Part shown: one piece after another, positions 13,540-26,353 of the stretch
Numbering within the stretch: position 1 is the first letter of the stretch
How the letters are laid out: every line of letters starts with the position of its first letter
Origin: Octopus vulgaris
Taxonomy: Eukaryota
NCBI GenBank assembly: GCA_951406725.2
Contig: OX597814.1
Coordinates: 171,430,001 to 171,494,000, forward strand
Direction: 5' to 3'
DNA length: 64,000 bases
The notes under the pieces: generated by a model
The model's database searches: none
What the model saw: the letters and a program-made list of their open reading frames with translations, nothing else
Told to the model about the DNA's origin: nothing
Translations under genes and position numbers: made by a program

Positions 13540-13720
13540 TATATTTATTTCTTTATTGCCCACAGGGGGATAAACACAGAGGGGACAAACAAGGACAGAC
13601 AAAAGGATTAAGTGATTACGTCGACCTCTGCGGAATTTGAATTCAGAACGTAACGGCAGACGGACTACCACCTTAGAATTACGCCCGGCGTGCTAACGAT
13701 TCTGCCAGCTCACCGCCTTA
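13540..13720 (-). mobile_element. tRNA-derived SINE family D with Tx1-like 3' tail
   Basis: Head 'taaggcggtgagctggcagaatcgttagcacgccgggc..ttcaaattccgc' (A/B-box-like). Tail 'tgtcccctctgtgtttatccccctgtgggcaataaagaaata'. Confidence 0.8.
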
Positions 13721-13834
13721 ACATGCATGTATATTAAGGGATGCATGCACGCGGATATGTATAAACGTATATGTATGTATAGACACACGGACACACATAA
13801 ATACAAAATTATATTCAAATCTTGTGCAATTGTG

Positions 13835-13879
<45 letters not shown>

Positions 13880-13928
13880 GCATATATATATATAAATAAT
13901 ATATATGCATATATATATATATATAATA

Positions 13929-14009
<81 letters not shown>

Positions 14010-14536
14010 GTATAAATGTATGCATAAACATGGATGCGTATTTATGCATTCCTTTTAAATCATTTTTAACTTTTCAAAACAGAAAGCTGGTCGCTAATAC
14101 CGGATACGATGAAAGAGATCGGAAGCAGTTTATATGTGTATGTGTGTTTATGTATATTGTGTGTGTGTGTGGGTTTGTGTGTGTGTGTGTGTGTGTGTCT
14201 GTGCGTATGTGTTTTCTAATCCCTTACCGATTGAAAAAAAGAGTCAGTTTCTATCGCAGAAACAAGAATTGTTTAACGGAATCTAGATAATATCAACGGT
14301 ACATTGATGTGGAATGTTCTTCTGGTTTTAGTTTCAACATTTCTCACCAATAGGGAAAGAATCAGTTTATGACCGAGAAACAAGTTGCTTTCTGTGGGAT
14401 TATAGACTGCATTTTTCTAGATTGTCTTACATTGTATATATGCATGCATGCATGCATGTCTGTCTGTCTACGTGCGTACGTACGTACGTATGTATGTATG
14501 AATGTATGTATGTATGTATGTATGTATGTATGTATG

Positions 14537-14570
<34 letters not shown>

Positions 14571-14584
14571 TGTATGCATGTACA

Positions 14585-15372
14585 GCCGGTCTTGCTCCCA
14601 GGATGATGAAATATCTTTTAGGCTGCAGAGAGCAACCGATTCCTTCAGGTGTTCTGAATCTCGAGTCTGGACCCAATGTGGTATCACAAGGCGAACAAAA
14701 ATTGTCGTATACCGTACATGTGTACTGACATCGCTCTTGTACTCATGTGAAACATGGACTATTTACAAACACGTCATGTAAAGGTCCTTTAACGCTTCTA
14801 TCAGGGATGTATGAGACACATTCTGAATGTTGGCTGGACCTTAAAATCTCCAGATACATAGGTCTTGAGGAAAGCCGATATCCTGAGTATTGAGGCGATG
14901 GTGCACAAACACCGGTTATGTTGGACTGGACACCTTGTTAGAATGAACGATAACGGGATCCCCAAACAGATGCTATGTGGTGAACTTGCTAGGAGAAAGG
15001 CATCCCGGTAGAAGCCAAGACTGCGATTTTATGACTGTGTAAAGTCCTCATTAAAGGCCTGTGAAATGCGAGAAGCTGACTAGGAGAGCAATGCTTGCCA
15101 TCACCGCGGATGGAGGAAACAAGTGAAGGAGACTTTTGAAAGAGCATGTATTCTTCATGAAGAATTTAAACGTGCTGCTCGAAAATGCATTGCTCGTATA
15201 ATGAATGGGGAAAGCTTGGTCTGCAATGTTTGCAGTCTTATATGTTTGTCAAGAGCAGGGCTCGTTAGTCACCAACGGACCTGCAAGTGTAAAGTATAAG
15301 GTCGTCTTGAGCACACAATGTTCCTAAAGGTCAGTAATGGTTTTCGTTGGTCACGAGTGGACGGTCATCATC
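14585..15372 (+). mobile_element. 5'-truncated RTE-clade LINE (ORF C-terminus + 3'UTR)
   Basis: DDEISFRLQRATDSF...TKIVVYRTCVLTSLLYSCETWT...WTGHLVRMNDNGIPKQML...CNVCSLICLSRAGLVSHQRTC, with stops and frameshifts. Ends in (CAT)n. Confidence 0.92.
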
Positions 15373-15456
15373 CTGTATGTACAGTTGTGTGCATGTATGT
15401 GTCCACATGTAAGCATGTCAGCAGTCATGCATGCCGTGGAATGTGTAAGTTATTTA

Positions 15457-15668
15457 CGAGGAGGTGTTGAAAAGTTCCTGGCTTTTGGTAAAAGAATATA
15501 CAAGAGGAACGGTTAATTATGATTTTATTCAACATATTCCTTTCTCAGACTTACTTATTGTAGCGATCCTTAAGTTTATCTAAGCCCTGTAAGAGAACTC
15601 GGAAGTCGGACCTCCAACCAAGCCTTTGCAATACTCTTAAAGCCAGGAACATTTCAGCAGCTCCCTCG
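15457..15668. mobile_element. Mariner-type MITE
   Basis: TA|cgaggaggtgttgaaaagttcctggcttt ... aaagccaggaacatttcagcagctccctcg|TA: about 29-bp TIRs and a TA duplication. Confidence 0.85.
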
Positions 15669-16126
15669 TATATCTTAATTTATGCATGTGTACATATGTT
15701 TGTATGTCTAATCGTGTTTATAAGCACATATGGTATGCTAAACTTCTCGAACATTTTTTCATATTCTCACATTTCCATTAATGACTTGGAAGTGCAATTA
15801 ATTTAACTGTGCCTTTTTAGTTTTGTGAGACTCAACTTCTCAAAGTTGGTAAAAAGCTTTAGTTACATATTTCAAAAACGTTCATTTAATTGCAGATATA
15901 GATGTAGAACTGTATTCTAGTTGCAGTATCTGCAGATTTCTCATACGCTCGTTAGAAAGGTGTTCTTTTAACACTAAGCTATAGCCTTATGCTTCAGTAG
16001 CTGTGTATACTTTCTATTCTCTGTCCAAATAATTGTTTGATATGTTATGTTTACATCGTACAGAAGATTTAATAGAAGCAATCTGCCTGAATTCTTTCGT
16101 ATTATGAGTGATTATGCACACCTTAT

Positions 16127-16465
16127 GAGACCCTTCCCACTTCAGTCATGACTGACCGTGGGATTGCACCTAAAAAGTTACCCTCCCAGGCACAAGTCTG
16201 GGCAAGGTTGTTTATGGAAGACCAGCAGTCGCCCATGCATACCGGCCTCCCCTCTCCACGCCACCAGTGTTATCCAAGGGAAAGGCAAAGGCTGATACAG
16301 CTTGGCACCTGTGACGTCACATCTAATTTCTACAGCTGAGTCAACTGGAGCAACGTGAAATAAAGTGACTTGCTCAAGAACACAACACGCAGCCCGGTCC
16401 GGGATTCGAACTCACAACCTCACTATCGTAAGCTCGACGATCTAACCGCTGAGCCATGCGCCTTC
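16127..16465 (-). mobile_element. tRNA-derived SINE family A (CORE-like central domain)
   Basis: Head GAAGGCGCATGGCTCAGCGGTTAG...GAGTTCGAATCCCGG (A and B boxes), then 'tgtgttcttgagcaagtcactttatttcac'. Homologous to 47540 and 50330. Confidence 0.88.
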
Positions 16466-16829
16466 ACATGCACTCCTTATAATATAAACTATTTAATATT
16501 TTACCTTCAAAATTATTATTACATAATGTTTGACACGTAATCATGCCTCATAAATTGATAGTATTATGATGACATTGCACAGTTTCTGCAAGACAATTTC
16601 TGCTGCTGTGCCTAATTTCTTTTCTAACTGATTGATTATCACCTTGGAATTGTTCTGCTCCATGTATGTATGTATGTATGTATGTATGTATGTATGTATG
16701 TATGTATGTATGTATGTATGTATGTATGTATGTATGTATGTATGCATGTATGTGTGCAAGTATGCCTTGTTCGTACGTACGTACGCATGTACTTATGTAT
16801 GTATGCATGTTGGATAATGTTCTAGAGAT

Positions 16830-17780
16830 ACTTCCGCGAATAAAATATTGCACGGACATAGCCGAGATGTTTTTCCTCTGAATTCCATTTGGTCGGTGTG
16901 GGCTAGTGTTAAGAAACTGCTGCAAGATCAGCAACAACAGCAAAATCAGTATTAATAGAAACAACATAAGTTTCACATTAGATTTAATATTAAATTTACG
17001 CATTTGAGCAGATGACTCTTATAGTAAACCTAAGAAGAAACTGCGGCGTATGAGCACACATTCCAATCGATTTCAAATAGACCTAAAAACTTAGTTAAAA
17101 AGTAAGCACAAATCTACTTTATCACTGGACAAAAAATCTTTCACCCAAGTCGTTTATTATTGTAGTGGTTCGGAAGATAGAATGTATTACATACAGAGCA
17201 ACCCTTACAGTCATAAACGCAGAAATAGGGAACAAATTATTCTATGGTATAATCTCCATATGGTTCAAATGATTCTTTAATATGGTACCAGAATTTTCAA
17301 GGCCTTATTAAATAAGCAGTTTCTCGCGAGTGAAAGCTCTCATAAGATCTTTAATAGAAAGAACGTTAAGGTAAGCTACAGTCGCACTGAATACTTCACC
17401 TTTTCCATAGCATGTATATACAGAAGAGAACATTTCCCTGAAAGCTGTAAACATACTTCCCGTCTTTGTAATTAACCTTATAAACAATATGTGCTTTTCT
17501 AAAGCATTACTTTATCAAGCTAAGACACATTTTGCACATAGTAGTGAAGTCTAGTTATATAAATTTCCTGAAAATACATTTAAGATGTTTTTGCATCAAG
17601 CGCATACATTCAGGAATCCCGAAAGAAATATCAAGACATCACTCACCAAATATACTTTCATTTTAAGCATAACGACAATAAAAGATGTAATATTTGACAC
17701 TCGGAGAAGAATGACAATCTATTATAGAGCTTTGATGAATTATTGCATCAATATTTATTGTGGAATATCCAACTACCAAC
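16830..17780 (+). mobile_element. Degenerate Penelope-like element (RT C-terminus, linker, GIY-YIG)
   Basis: 'LDLILNL..YSKP..THSN', 'IILWYN..LLNKQF..HKIFNRKNVKVSYS' and 'FK..HTFRNPERNIKTSLTKY' match PLE consensus motifs. Confidence 0.82.
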
Positions 17781-17791
17781 TGGTGGGAAAG

Positions 17792-17881
<90 letters not shown>

Positions 17882-18450
17882 TCTATGTATCTGTCTGTCT
17901 GTCTGTCTGTCTGTCTGTCCAAATATATGCATATACATAATATGCATATATATATGTGTGTGTGTATATGTATATAATATATAAAATATGTGCGCGCGTG
18001 TGTTGTGTGTGAGCGTGTGTGTATGTGTGCGTGTCCAATACATATATGAAATAATTGATATACCTGCCTACATACATGCACACGAATATATGCATTCATA
18101 TATAAAATTATTTATAAATATATATAAAAAAACATATATCAAATTAATGCATGCATCATATGCATACATATGTTGAATTATATACCTGTATATGTATACA
18201 TGTACAAACACACACACAGACACACGCGCGGGCCCACGCACACACACAGTTGAATCATTAATTGAATATAAAAAAAATACCACACTTCTGTCACATATGA
18301 TGCTGGCCTATTTTACGTTAGTCATCACTTTGGTCAAAGACTATTTATGTATTTTTGTGTTAACCGAGAAATTTCAAAAATTAATGTCTCTATTAATTAT
18401 TGCCATCAAGCTTCGGCACAAGGCCAAAAATGCCTTTGAGAGGTTTCCGT

Positions 18451-18581
<131 letters not shown>

Positions 18582-18596
18582 AACACGCACACATAA

Positions 18597-18652
<56 letters not shown>

Positions 18653-18960
18653 GCCACACTACTTGACAGGTATTTATTTGATCAACCTCAGCAGAATGAA
18701 AACCAATGTTGACCCGAGTGGGGTTTGAACTCAGCATGTCACGTTGTCACTATTAATTATAATTATGAAATATGTATAATAATTATTTGGATGGTTTAGT
18801 ATATCAACTCTCTCGTGTTTCTTTTATGCTTTATTTCCTTTTCTATGTAACGGCAGACAAACAACATCGCAAACCAACACGTTACAACTTCTGTCAAACT
18901 ACGCGTTTTTAGCATCAAACGAAATTGGTCTGCATCCTTGTATCCCGGGTTCTTTGAGTC

Positions 18961-19337
18961 TGGTGGTAAAAAGTTCGCTTCCCAACCACATGGTCCCGGG
19001 TTCAGTCCCACTTGGGCCGGTGTCTTCTAGTATAGCCTCGAGCTGAATTAAGCCTTGTAGGTGGATTCGGTAGACGGAAATTGAAAAAAGTACGTCGCAT
19101 ATTTTATTTAAATTTTACTGGTTTCAGGTAGACGCTGGGGCCATGCTGGAACACCGCCTCTCAGAGTGTCAGGGTTTCTTTTCTGTACAGTTTTTAGTGA
19201 AGTAGAGATTTAGAGGAAGCTGCTCTTCTTTGTGTCTCCTGTCACGATGTGGGATCATCTGGTATTTTAGATAAAAATTTGTCCTGACGCTATTTGAGGA
19301 CCTCCACATACATACATACATACATACATACATACAT

Positions 19338-19398
<61 letters not shown>

Positions 19399-19649
19399 CA
19401 TATATATAGGGAGAATTCGCAAAAAAAAAACAACAAAAGACGAAGACAGGTGGTGTAAACAACGAATAGATGTATTAGTTTAACGCTCGGGAAGTGAAAA
19501 AGTCTTTAACGTTTCGAGCCAACGCTCTTCCACGGAAAGGAACACAGAAAGAAACGAAGAGAGAAAATAAAGAAAGTGTAGTGGCTAGCGATCCATCATG
19601 GCGAATGCACATATATATATGTATATACACATACACATACAAACATACA

Positions 19650-19694
<45 letters not shown>

Positions 19695-20008
19695 CTGTAG
19701 AAAGAATGTACAAGCAAACAATTGGTATTTGTTCAGAGCAACACTCAGCTTGGATCACAACGCTTAAGTTATATGTGTGTGCGTGCATGTGCGTGCATGT
19801 GTGTGCGTGTGTCTGTGTATCTGTGTGTTTGTCCCTCCATCACCGCCTGTCAAGCGGTTTTGGTGCATTTCCGTCCCGTCACTTTGCAGTTCAGCAAAAC
19901 AGATCGGTAGAATAAATACTATGCTTTAAAAAAAGAAATCCTGGGGTCGATTTGTTCGACTAAAACCTCTCAAGGCGGTGCTCCTGCCTGACGACAGTCA
20001 AATGATAG

Positions 20009-20010
<2 letters not shown>
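18961..20010 (+). mobile_element. SINE family B split by nested insertions
   Basis: Head at 18961-19098 and tail at about 19820-20010, separated by an inverted SINE-tail segment, microsatellites and an HHR module. Confidence 0.6.
19408..19606 (-). mobile_element. About 200-bp HHR-bearing PLE-terminus-like module, family F
   Basis: Homologous to 21673, 23982 and 52132. Motif cttt-CCGTGGA-a-gagc-gttg-gctc-GAAA-cgtt-aaag. Boundary gaattctccc|(TA)n. Confidence 0.8.
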
Positions 20011-20050
<40 letters not shown>

Positions 20051-20070
20051 TCCCTCAAATAATAATTATA

Positions 20071-20294
20071 TATATAAGAAATTAAAAAAGGAAAATACGC
20101 ACCCTTACATGGTTATAATATAATTTTTAATATATCGACCGGTTTCGCAATCGCTATTCATGATATAATGTTTAATTTATATGAATATATATTTTACCGT
20201 AAGAAGAAATTTGATTGCGAAACCGGTCCATATATTAAAAATTATATTATAACCATGTAAGTGTGCGTATTTTCCTTTTTTAGTTTCTTATATA
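20071..20294. repeat. About 82-bp inverted repeat (60-bp spacer) containing HHR remnants
   Basis: Arms 20071-20152 and 20213-20294 are near-perfect reverse complements, each containing GAAACCGGTC. Confidence 0.9.
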
Positions 20295-20346
20295 CATTAC
20301 AATTCACCACGTGGGGACAACCGAAATTCCTCTTTTCTGTTACGAC

Positions 20347-20379
<33 letters not shown>

Positions 20380-21590
20380 ATGTGTGTGTGTGTATGTGTG
20401 TGTGTATATATATATGTGTGCGTGTGTGTAAGTATGTATGCGCGCGTATCAGTATGTGTGTGCACGGATGGAGGTACGAGTGTGCATGCGTACATGTGTA
20501 TGTATATTTATCGTCAAAGGTAGGTAATCAGATACAATGTAGGCGTGTGTATACGATCATGTTTAACTTTTTGCATACGCGCACACACGCGCACACGCAC
20601 ACTCGCTCACACACATACACACACATATCTAATGATTGTCTGTATGTATATGTGTAAGCTTCACTATGAGTATGTACGAGCGTATGTTCGTACGTTTGCA
20701 TCTATGTATGTACGTATGTTTGTACGTATGCCTGTATGTTAGAATGTATGTTTAGATACACCCCCCCACACTCATATATATATATATGTATCTATATATA
20801 GTCAATAATACGTAATGTTTTAAATATGTATGTATATATATATATGTATATATATGTGTATATATATGTGTGTGTGTGTGAATATATGTCTATGTTTGCG
20901 TGTGTATGCATGATAAGTATGAATGTCTATGATTACGTATGTAACTCTCACCGTCATATAAAATAATGTTGCAATAACATTTGTTTGTGTTTTTGCTGTG
21001 TGTTTTTTTTCTTTCCCTCTTCTCCTCGACTCCGGCAACATTTCAAAGGGTGAAAAATTCTTCTAGACAGAACACGTGCAAGTTGCTTGCTTACTCTATT
21101 TTATTTTACTTGTTTGTTCTAATCTTTTTTTATTTGCTGTTTATATTTCGAAAAAAAAAAACAAAAAGAAAAAAAGAAAAAAGGGATCAAGATGCGGGAG
21201 CATTGGAAGTCGTTATAATATTATATTCCACCTTGATGATAGCTCTGTAGTCGTTGACTGTGAGTGTCAGATGTCGCTACTAGAAAACGGCGACATAACC
21301 CAAATTTTCGCCAAAGCGAAAGCAAAAAAAAAAAAAAAAAGCTTAACGTTTTTTTTAACAAGAACAAAAGGGTGCAGGCGTGGTTACGTGGTAAGAAGCT
21401 TGCTCCCCAACCCCATGGTTCTGGGTTCAGTTCCACAGTGTAGTACGCTGGTCAAGTTTCTTCTATTTTCGAGTGGATTTGGTAGACAGTAACTGAAAGA
21501 AATCCGTCGTATATATATATATATATATGTCTTCCCTTCTCGGATCTTTCCTTCTCCTTTGGACGAAGAGCTATATTATCCTTCCTTCTT

Positions 21591-21672
<82 letters not shown>

Positions 21673-21676
<4 letters not shown>

Positions 21677-21865
21677 AGAGTTTACGAAAAAAGCAAAAGA
21701 CAAAGACAGGTGGCGTACAAAACAAACAGATGTATTAGTATAACGCTCAGGAATAGAAAAAGTCATTTATGTTTCGAGCCTACGCTCTTCTACAGGAAGG
21801 GACACAGAAAAAAACAAGGAGAAAAACGAGGAGAGAAAAATGTGTGTAGTGGCTAACGATATCTG
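21673..21865 (-). mobile_element. Family F HHR module
   Basis: cttc-CTGTAGA-a-gagc-gtag-gctc-GAAA-cata-aatg. Abuts (TA)n via 'ctccc'. Confidence 0.8.
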
Positions 21866-21891
21866 TAAATGTATGTGACAATTATTTGGTA

Positions 21892-21962
21892 GGCATGATA
21901 AAACTCCGAGTTTCAGATGTCGGGGCGGAAATCCACGTCGCCTTCTCTTCAGTTATCCGGCC
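21892..21962 (-). ncRNA. Type-I hammerhead ribozyme motif with intact core
   Basis: ggccg-gataa-CTGAAGA-(imperfect long stem II)-GAAA-ctc-g-gag-T-T-ttatc-atgcc. Stem I gataa/ttatc; GUU cleavage triplet. Confidence 0.72.
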
Positions 21963-22241
21963 ATCGAAAAAATGCTATGAAAATGACCGTTAAAGAAAAG
22001 GAAATTGACCGTTATTAAGGCAAAAAATCTATTAGAATGACCGCTGAGTGGAGGGAGTAAGTATCTTAATAAAGGTCAATCACACAGTAATTTCCCTTTG
22101 TTTAACGGTCATTTTCGTAGAACTTACAGATAAATTCCTCTATTTACATAATATCGAGGTCTCTTTCATTCTTTTGTTGTCTTACCATTTCTATCAATAT
22201 ATATATATATACGTATGTATATATCTATGTGTGTGTCTTTG

Positions 22242-22304
<63 letters not shown>

Positions 22305-22666
22305 GTATGTATATATCTATGTGTGTGTCTTTGTGTCTGTGTTTGTCCTCGCACCACCGCTTGACAACTGGTATTGGTGGGTTTATATGTCCATAACTTA
22401 GCTGTTCGGCAAAAACATACCGAGAGAGTAAGTACTAGGCTTAAGAAATCAGTTCTGATGTCGATTTGTTCGGCTAAAACCTTTCAAAGCGGTACCCCAG
22501 TATGGCCGCAGTCAAATGACTGAAACAAGTAAAAAAGATAAAAAAGAAAAAAAACAAAACAAAACAATAGAACAGCGTAGAGCAACCCTTTATCCGCTAG
22601 CTGTTTCGTTTATATGTGGTTGTTATTAGCAATATAGTTAAAATGAGATTCATGCAATATATCACA

Positions 22667-23064
22667 CTTGCAGTATCGCCCGGCGTTGCTCGGGTTTGTA
22701 AGGGAAATAACTATATAAGCATTTTTAGAGATGTAAAGTATAATAGCCATCTCAATATGGCTATCCACAAAGGGAGGGGGTGTTACTGTAGCCTTTTTAC
22801 GTTCTGAGATTTAATAATACATTTTTAGAGAGTTACTTCCCTTATATAATAGCAGAAAAATACATTACAAATGGGAAAAAATGATGGTAAATTTTTTTAA
22901 AATCGTAGACTCATCGTAGACGCGCGCTAATACCCAGAAGGGCTCGATATGAATCACGACTATAAGATACCCGGTTTTGGTTAAACTGCACCGCAAAATG
23001 TGGGAGTAGTTGGGAATCTAAATCGTAGGAAACAGACACACAACTTCACTTTTATATATAAAGA
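22667..23064 (-). mobile_element. Non-autonomous Helitron
   Basis: Same family as 28742: 5' TC after A, 3' hairpin cccgagcaacgccggg, end CAAG (mutated CTAG) before T. Confidence 0.85.
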
Positions 23065-23869
23065 TTTTCAAGAATGAAAATAACATTACTTTTGTCATTA
23101 GTTACTGTTGATTTTATGATGTTCAAATCCTGTCAGAGGCGATGTTACCTATCATCCTACCTGAGTCGATAGCACATATCTATCAAATACTGGCGATCGA
23201 TATAATCGACTTGAGCTTTACAGCCCTGCGCGAATTTTACTTATCAATATCAGTTTCAAATTTCGGTACAAGACCAGCTATTTTGGAGAAAGGGCTACAT
23301 CGATTAGATCGACCCCAGTGCTCGACTGGTAGTCATTTTATCGATCCCGAAGCGATGAAAAGCAAAGTCGACTCCATTTGAACTCAGTTTTATTAATCAA
23401 TACCATTGTAGCGGCGTACGGCAGAATTAGTAGAAAGATAACAAAACATGGTACCAGATAAATACTGGAATCAATGTAATCGGTTTTCTCCTGTTACAAT
23501 TGTCTGACCTTGTTCTTAGTTTAGTAATCGATTTTTATAAATAATCAATCAATGTTTTTATCATTCTGAATCATATTGATTAAAATTGCTATGACGAGAC
23601 ACGTACATTTATTACATAGCATATTATTTCAATAGCAAAATTCAATGTAAATGCAGCCATATTTTGCAATGCCATAGAATAAAGCCTCGTTGTTTCGTTC
23701 ACTCATTTACGACTGGAATCCAGCATGTCAAAACAATAATATTGTTTTCATTAAAAATAACTGAGCCCACCCGGCTCCGCCTCCAACTGATTCGTTGGTG
23801 GGTGTATTCCAGTTAGGCATGGTCTTTGGTAAATTTGACATTTCATGCAAAATTAATACATTATAATTA

Positions 23870-23976
<107 letters not shown>

Positions 23977-23981
23977 TTATC

Positions 23982-24282
<301 letters not shown>

Positions 24283-24640
24283 CGCTCAGTCGAAGTCGAC
24301 TCTCGGTCACTCGTTGGATCAGTGTCCTCCAGTCAGTTCTATCCTGGGCCGCTTCTTTCAGATTGACATTTTTATTTTAGGGGATTTGTGCTACTAAAGG
24401 AAATAGTATCTCTATGACAGAAGCTCTTCTTGTATAACTTGTGTAAATAGAATAACCTCTTGAAAACTTCATGGCCAAGATTATTGCAGTAGAATAACCA
24501 AGGAAATATATATGGATTTAAAGACTCTCATCAAAAGTAGTAATTTTTAATTTTTAATTTATATTTCAAACAAACACCATTTTACAATTTTACTTCAAAT
24601 TAAAAAAAAAAATTATCATTCGATATATACAATATTCATA

Positions 24641-24743
24641 TTTTATATCTCTGAAGAGCAGAAGAGCTGTCTATAAATGCTTATCAGTATAGGATTTCAT
24701 TATAGGGACAACTCTTCTGCGAAACGATCGTAAGAGGCTAAAA
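24641..24743 (+). ncRNA. Type-I hammerhead ribozyme with fully canonical core
   Basis: tct-CTGAAGA-gcagaagagctgtc...gacaactcttctgc-GAAA-cgatc-GTA-aga. Stem II pairs 13/14 bp with G10.1-C11.1; stem III is the palindrome ACGATCGT. Confidence 0.82.
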
Positions 24744-25690
24744 TAATTAAATCAAAACTTTTAAACTATCAAATTTATTTTATACATTATATTTATATAT
24801 TTATATTTATTTATTTATATATATTTTTAATACAATAAGTTCTTTCACACGGGTATATCTTTATGATGAGTTTGGATATTAATTTCCTTATATTAATAAT
24901 AATATATTAGTAAAAAATATATGTATATATCGCTCGTATTAAATATTAAATATATAAATACTTTAATAGTATTAATATTTTTATACAATGGAGCACTCAA
25001 TATAAATTCAGTATATAATATTCTCATTGAATATATTTACCTAAAGATTTAAGGCCAAGATTATGCTATTTTTGTGCTCTGTAATATGTAGTCAAGTTTA
25101 GAGTCAGCCAATTTCTTCAGTTAGGTTGAACAAAACTATTTTTCTATATCGATTCAGTAAATTTAAACTTAGGAATATGACACTTAGGAATAACTGACAA
25201 GCCGTTAAGTGAAACAAACTGGTAGAGCCAGATTGGTGCTTTGAATATTATCTACGTCAAAAATTCCCAACCCATTTTGGCCATAGGCCCCTTTTGACTC
25301 TTGGAGTCACAAATGCCCCCCCCTCCCCGAAAATATTTTTATTTTTCAATATACTACTTACTTTGATATCATCAGATAATGATTAAAAATTAAAGGACGT
25401 CGTTTTACATATGCGTGTGTACGCAGTCGGGAGTACAGATGTACAAAATGAAATGCAAAAAAAAACCCGAAAAAACCCCAAAATAACGAAATAATGAATT
25501 GGAAGTTTGGAAATTGCGTATATTTCCGCCACGCGACACTTATAAGATCAACGTGTTGTCTATCGAAAGAGTGCATTTTGGTACAAGTAAATGCTGATGA
25601 AATCATTTCAAACCTTTCCGATTTCCCTTATCGAAACAGCTAGAACTTGTGCAACAATCTGACATATAACAATTTGGCGCAGAAGTGGCT

Positions 25691-25863
25691 AGGCGCAGGA
25701 GTGGCTGTTGTGGTAAGTAGCTTGCTAACCAACCACATGGTTCCGGGTTCAGTCCCACTGCGTGGCATCTTGGGCAAGTGTCTTCTGCTATAGCCTCGGG
25801 ACGACCAAAGCCTTGTGAGTGGATTTAGTAAACGGAAACTGAAAGAAGCCTGTCGTATATATG

Positions 25864-25900
<37 letters not shown>

Positions 25901-26103
25901 CGTGTGACTGTGTTTGTCCCTCAACCGATGCTGGTGTGTTTACGTCCCAGTCACTTAGCGTTTCGGCAAAAGAGATCGATAGAATAAGTACTGGGCTTAC
26001 AAAGAATAAGTCCCGGGGTCGATTTGCTCGACTAAAGGCGGTGCTCCAGCATGGCCGCAGTCAAATGACTGAAACAAGTAAAAGAGAGTAAGAGTAAAAG
26101 AGT
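25691..26103 (+). mobile_element. tRNA-derived SINE family B, full length
   Basis: ggcgcaggagtggctg..tggtaag..ggttcagtccc head, internal (TA)/(TG) tract, tail 'ggcggtgctccagcatggccgcagtcaaatgactgaaacaagtaaaagag'. Highly similar to 29909. Confidence 0.92.
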
Positions 26104-26180
26104 ATAAGTTATCGTCACTCGGGAAAGGAATTTTTTATGCTCAAGAATATATACAAAACGAGGGAACAGAGGAGATAAAA

Positions 26181-26270
26181 TCCAGGCGACGTATGTTTCA
26201 TAGCTAGCAGAACCTCAGTAGTGATTATCCAACGGAAGGGTAATCTGCTAGCTAATCGTCGGACCAAAGA
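26181..26270 (-). ncRNA. Hammerhead-like motif with CCGACGA core
   Basis: ggt-CCGACGA-t-tagctagcaga...tctgctagcta-t-GAAA-c-atac-GTC-gcc. Perfect 11-bp stem II. Confidence 0.68.
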
Positions 26271-26353
26271 TACCTAAATCAATCAAATGAAGATCACATT
26301 GTTGTCAAGGGATCCCATGTTAACTCGCAGGAGATTTGACGCTTTTGAAGCGT

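Larger units (their letters stand above)
21371..22545 (+). mobile_element. SINE family B interrupted in its internal (TA)n by three PLE/HHR modules
   Basis: Head 21371-21510 ends 'aactgaaagaaatccgtcg(ta)n'. Body and tail resume at about 22320 and run to 'tgactgaaacaagtaaaa'. Confidence 0.8.
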
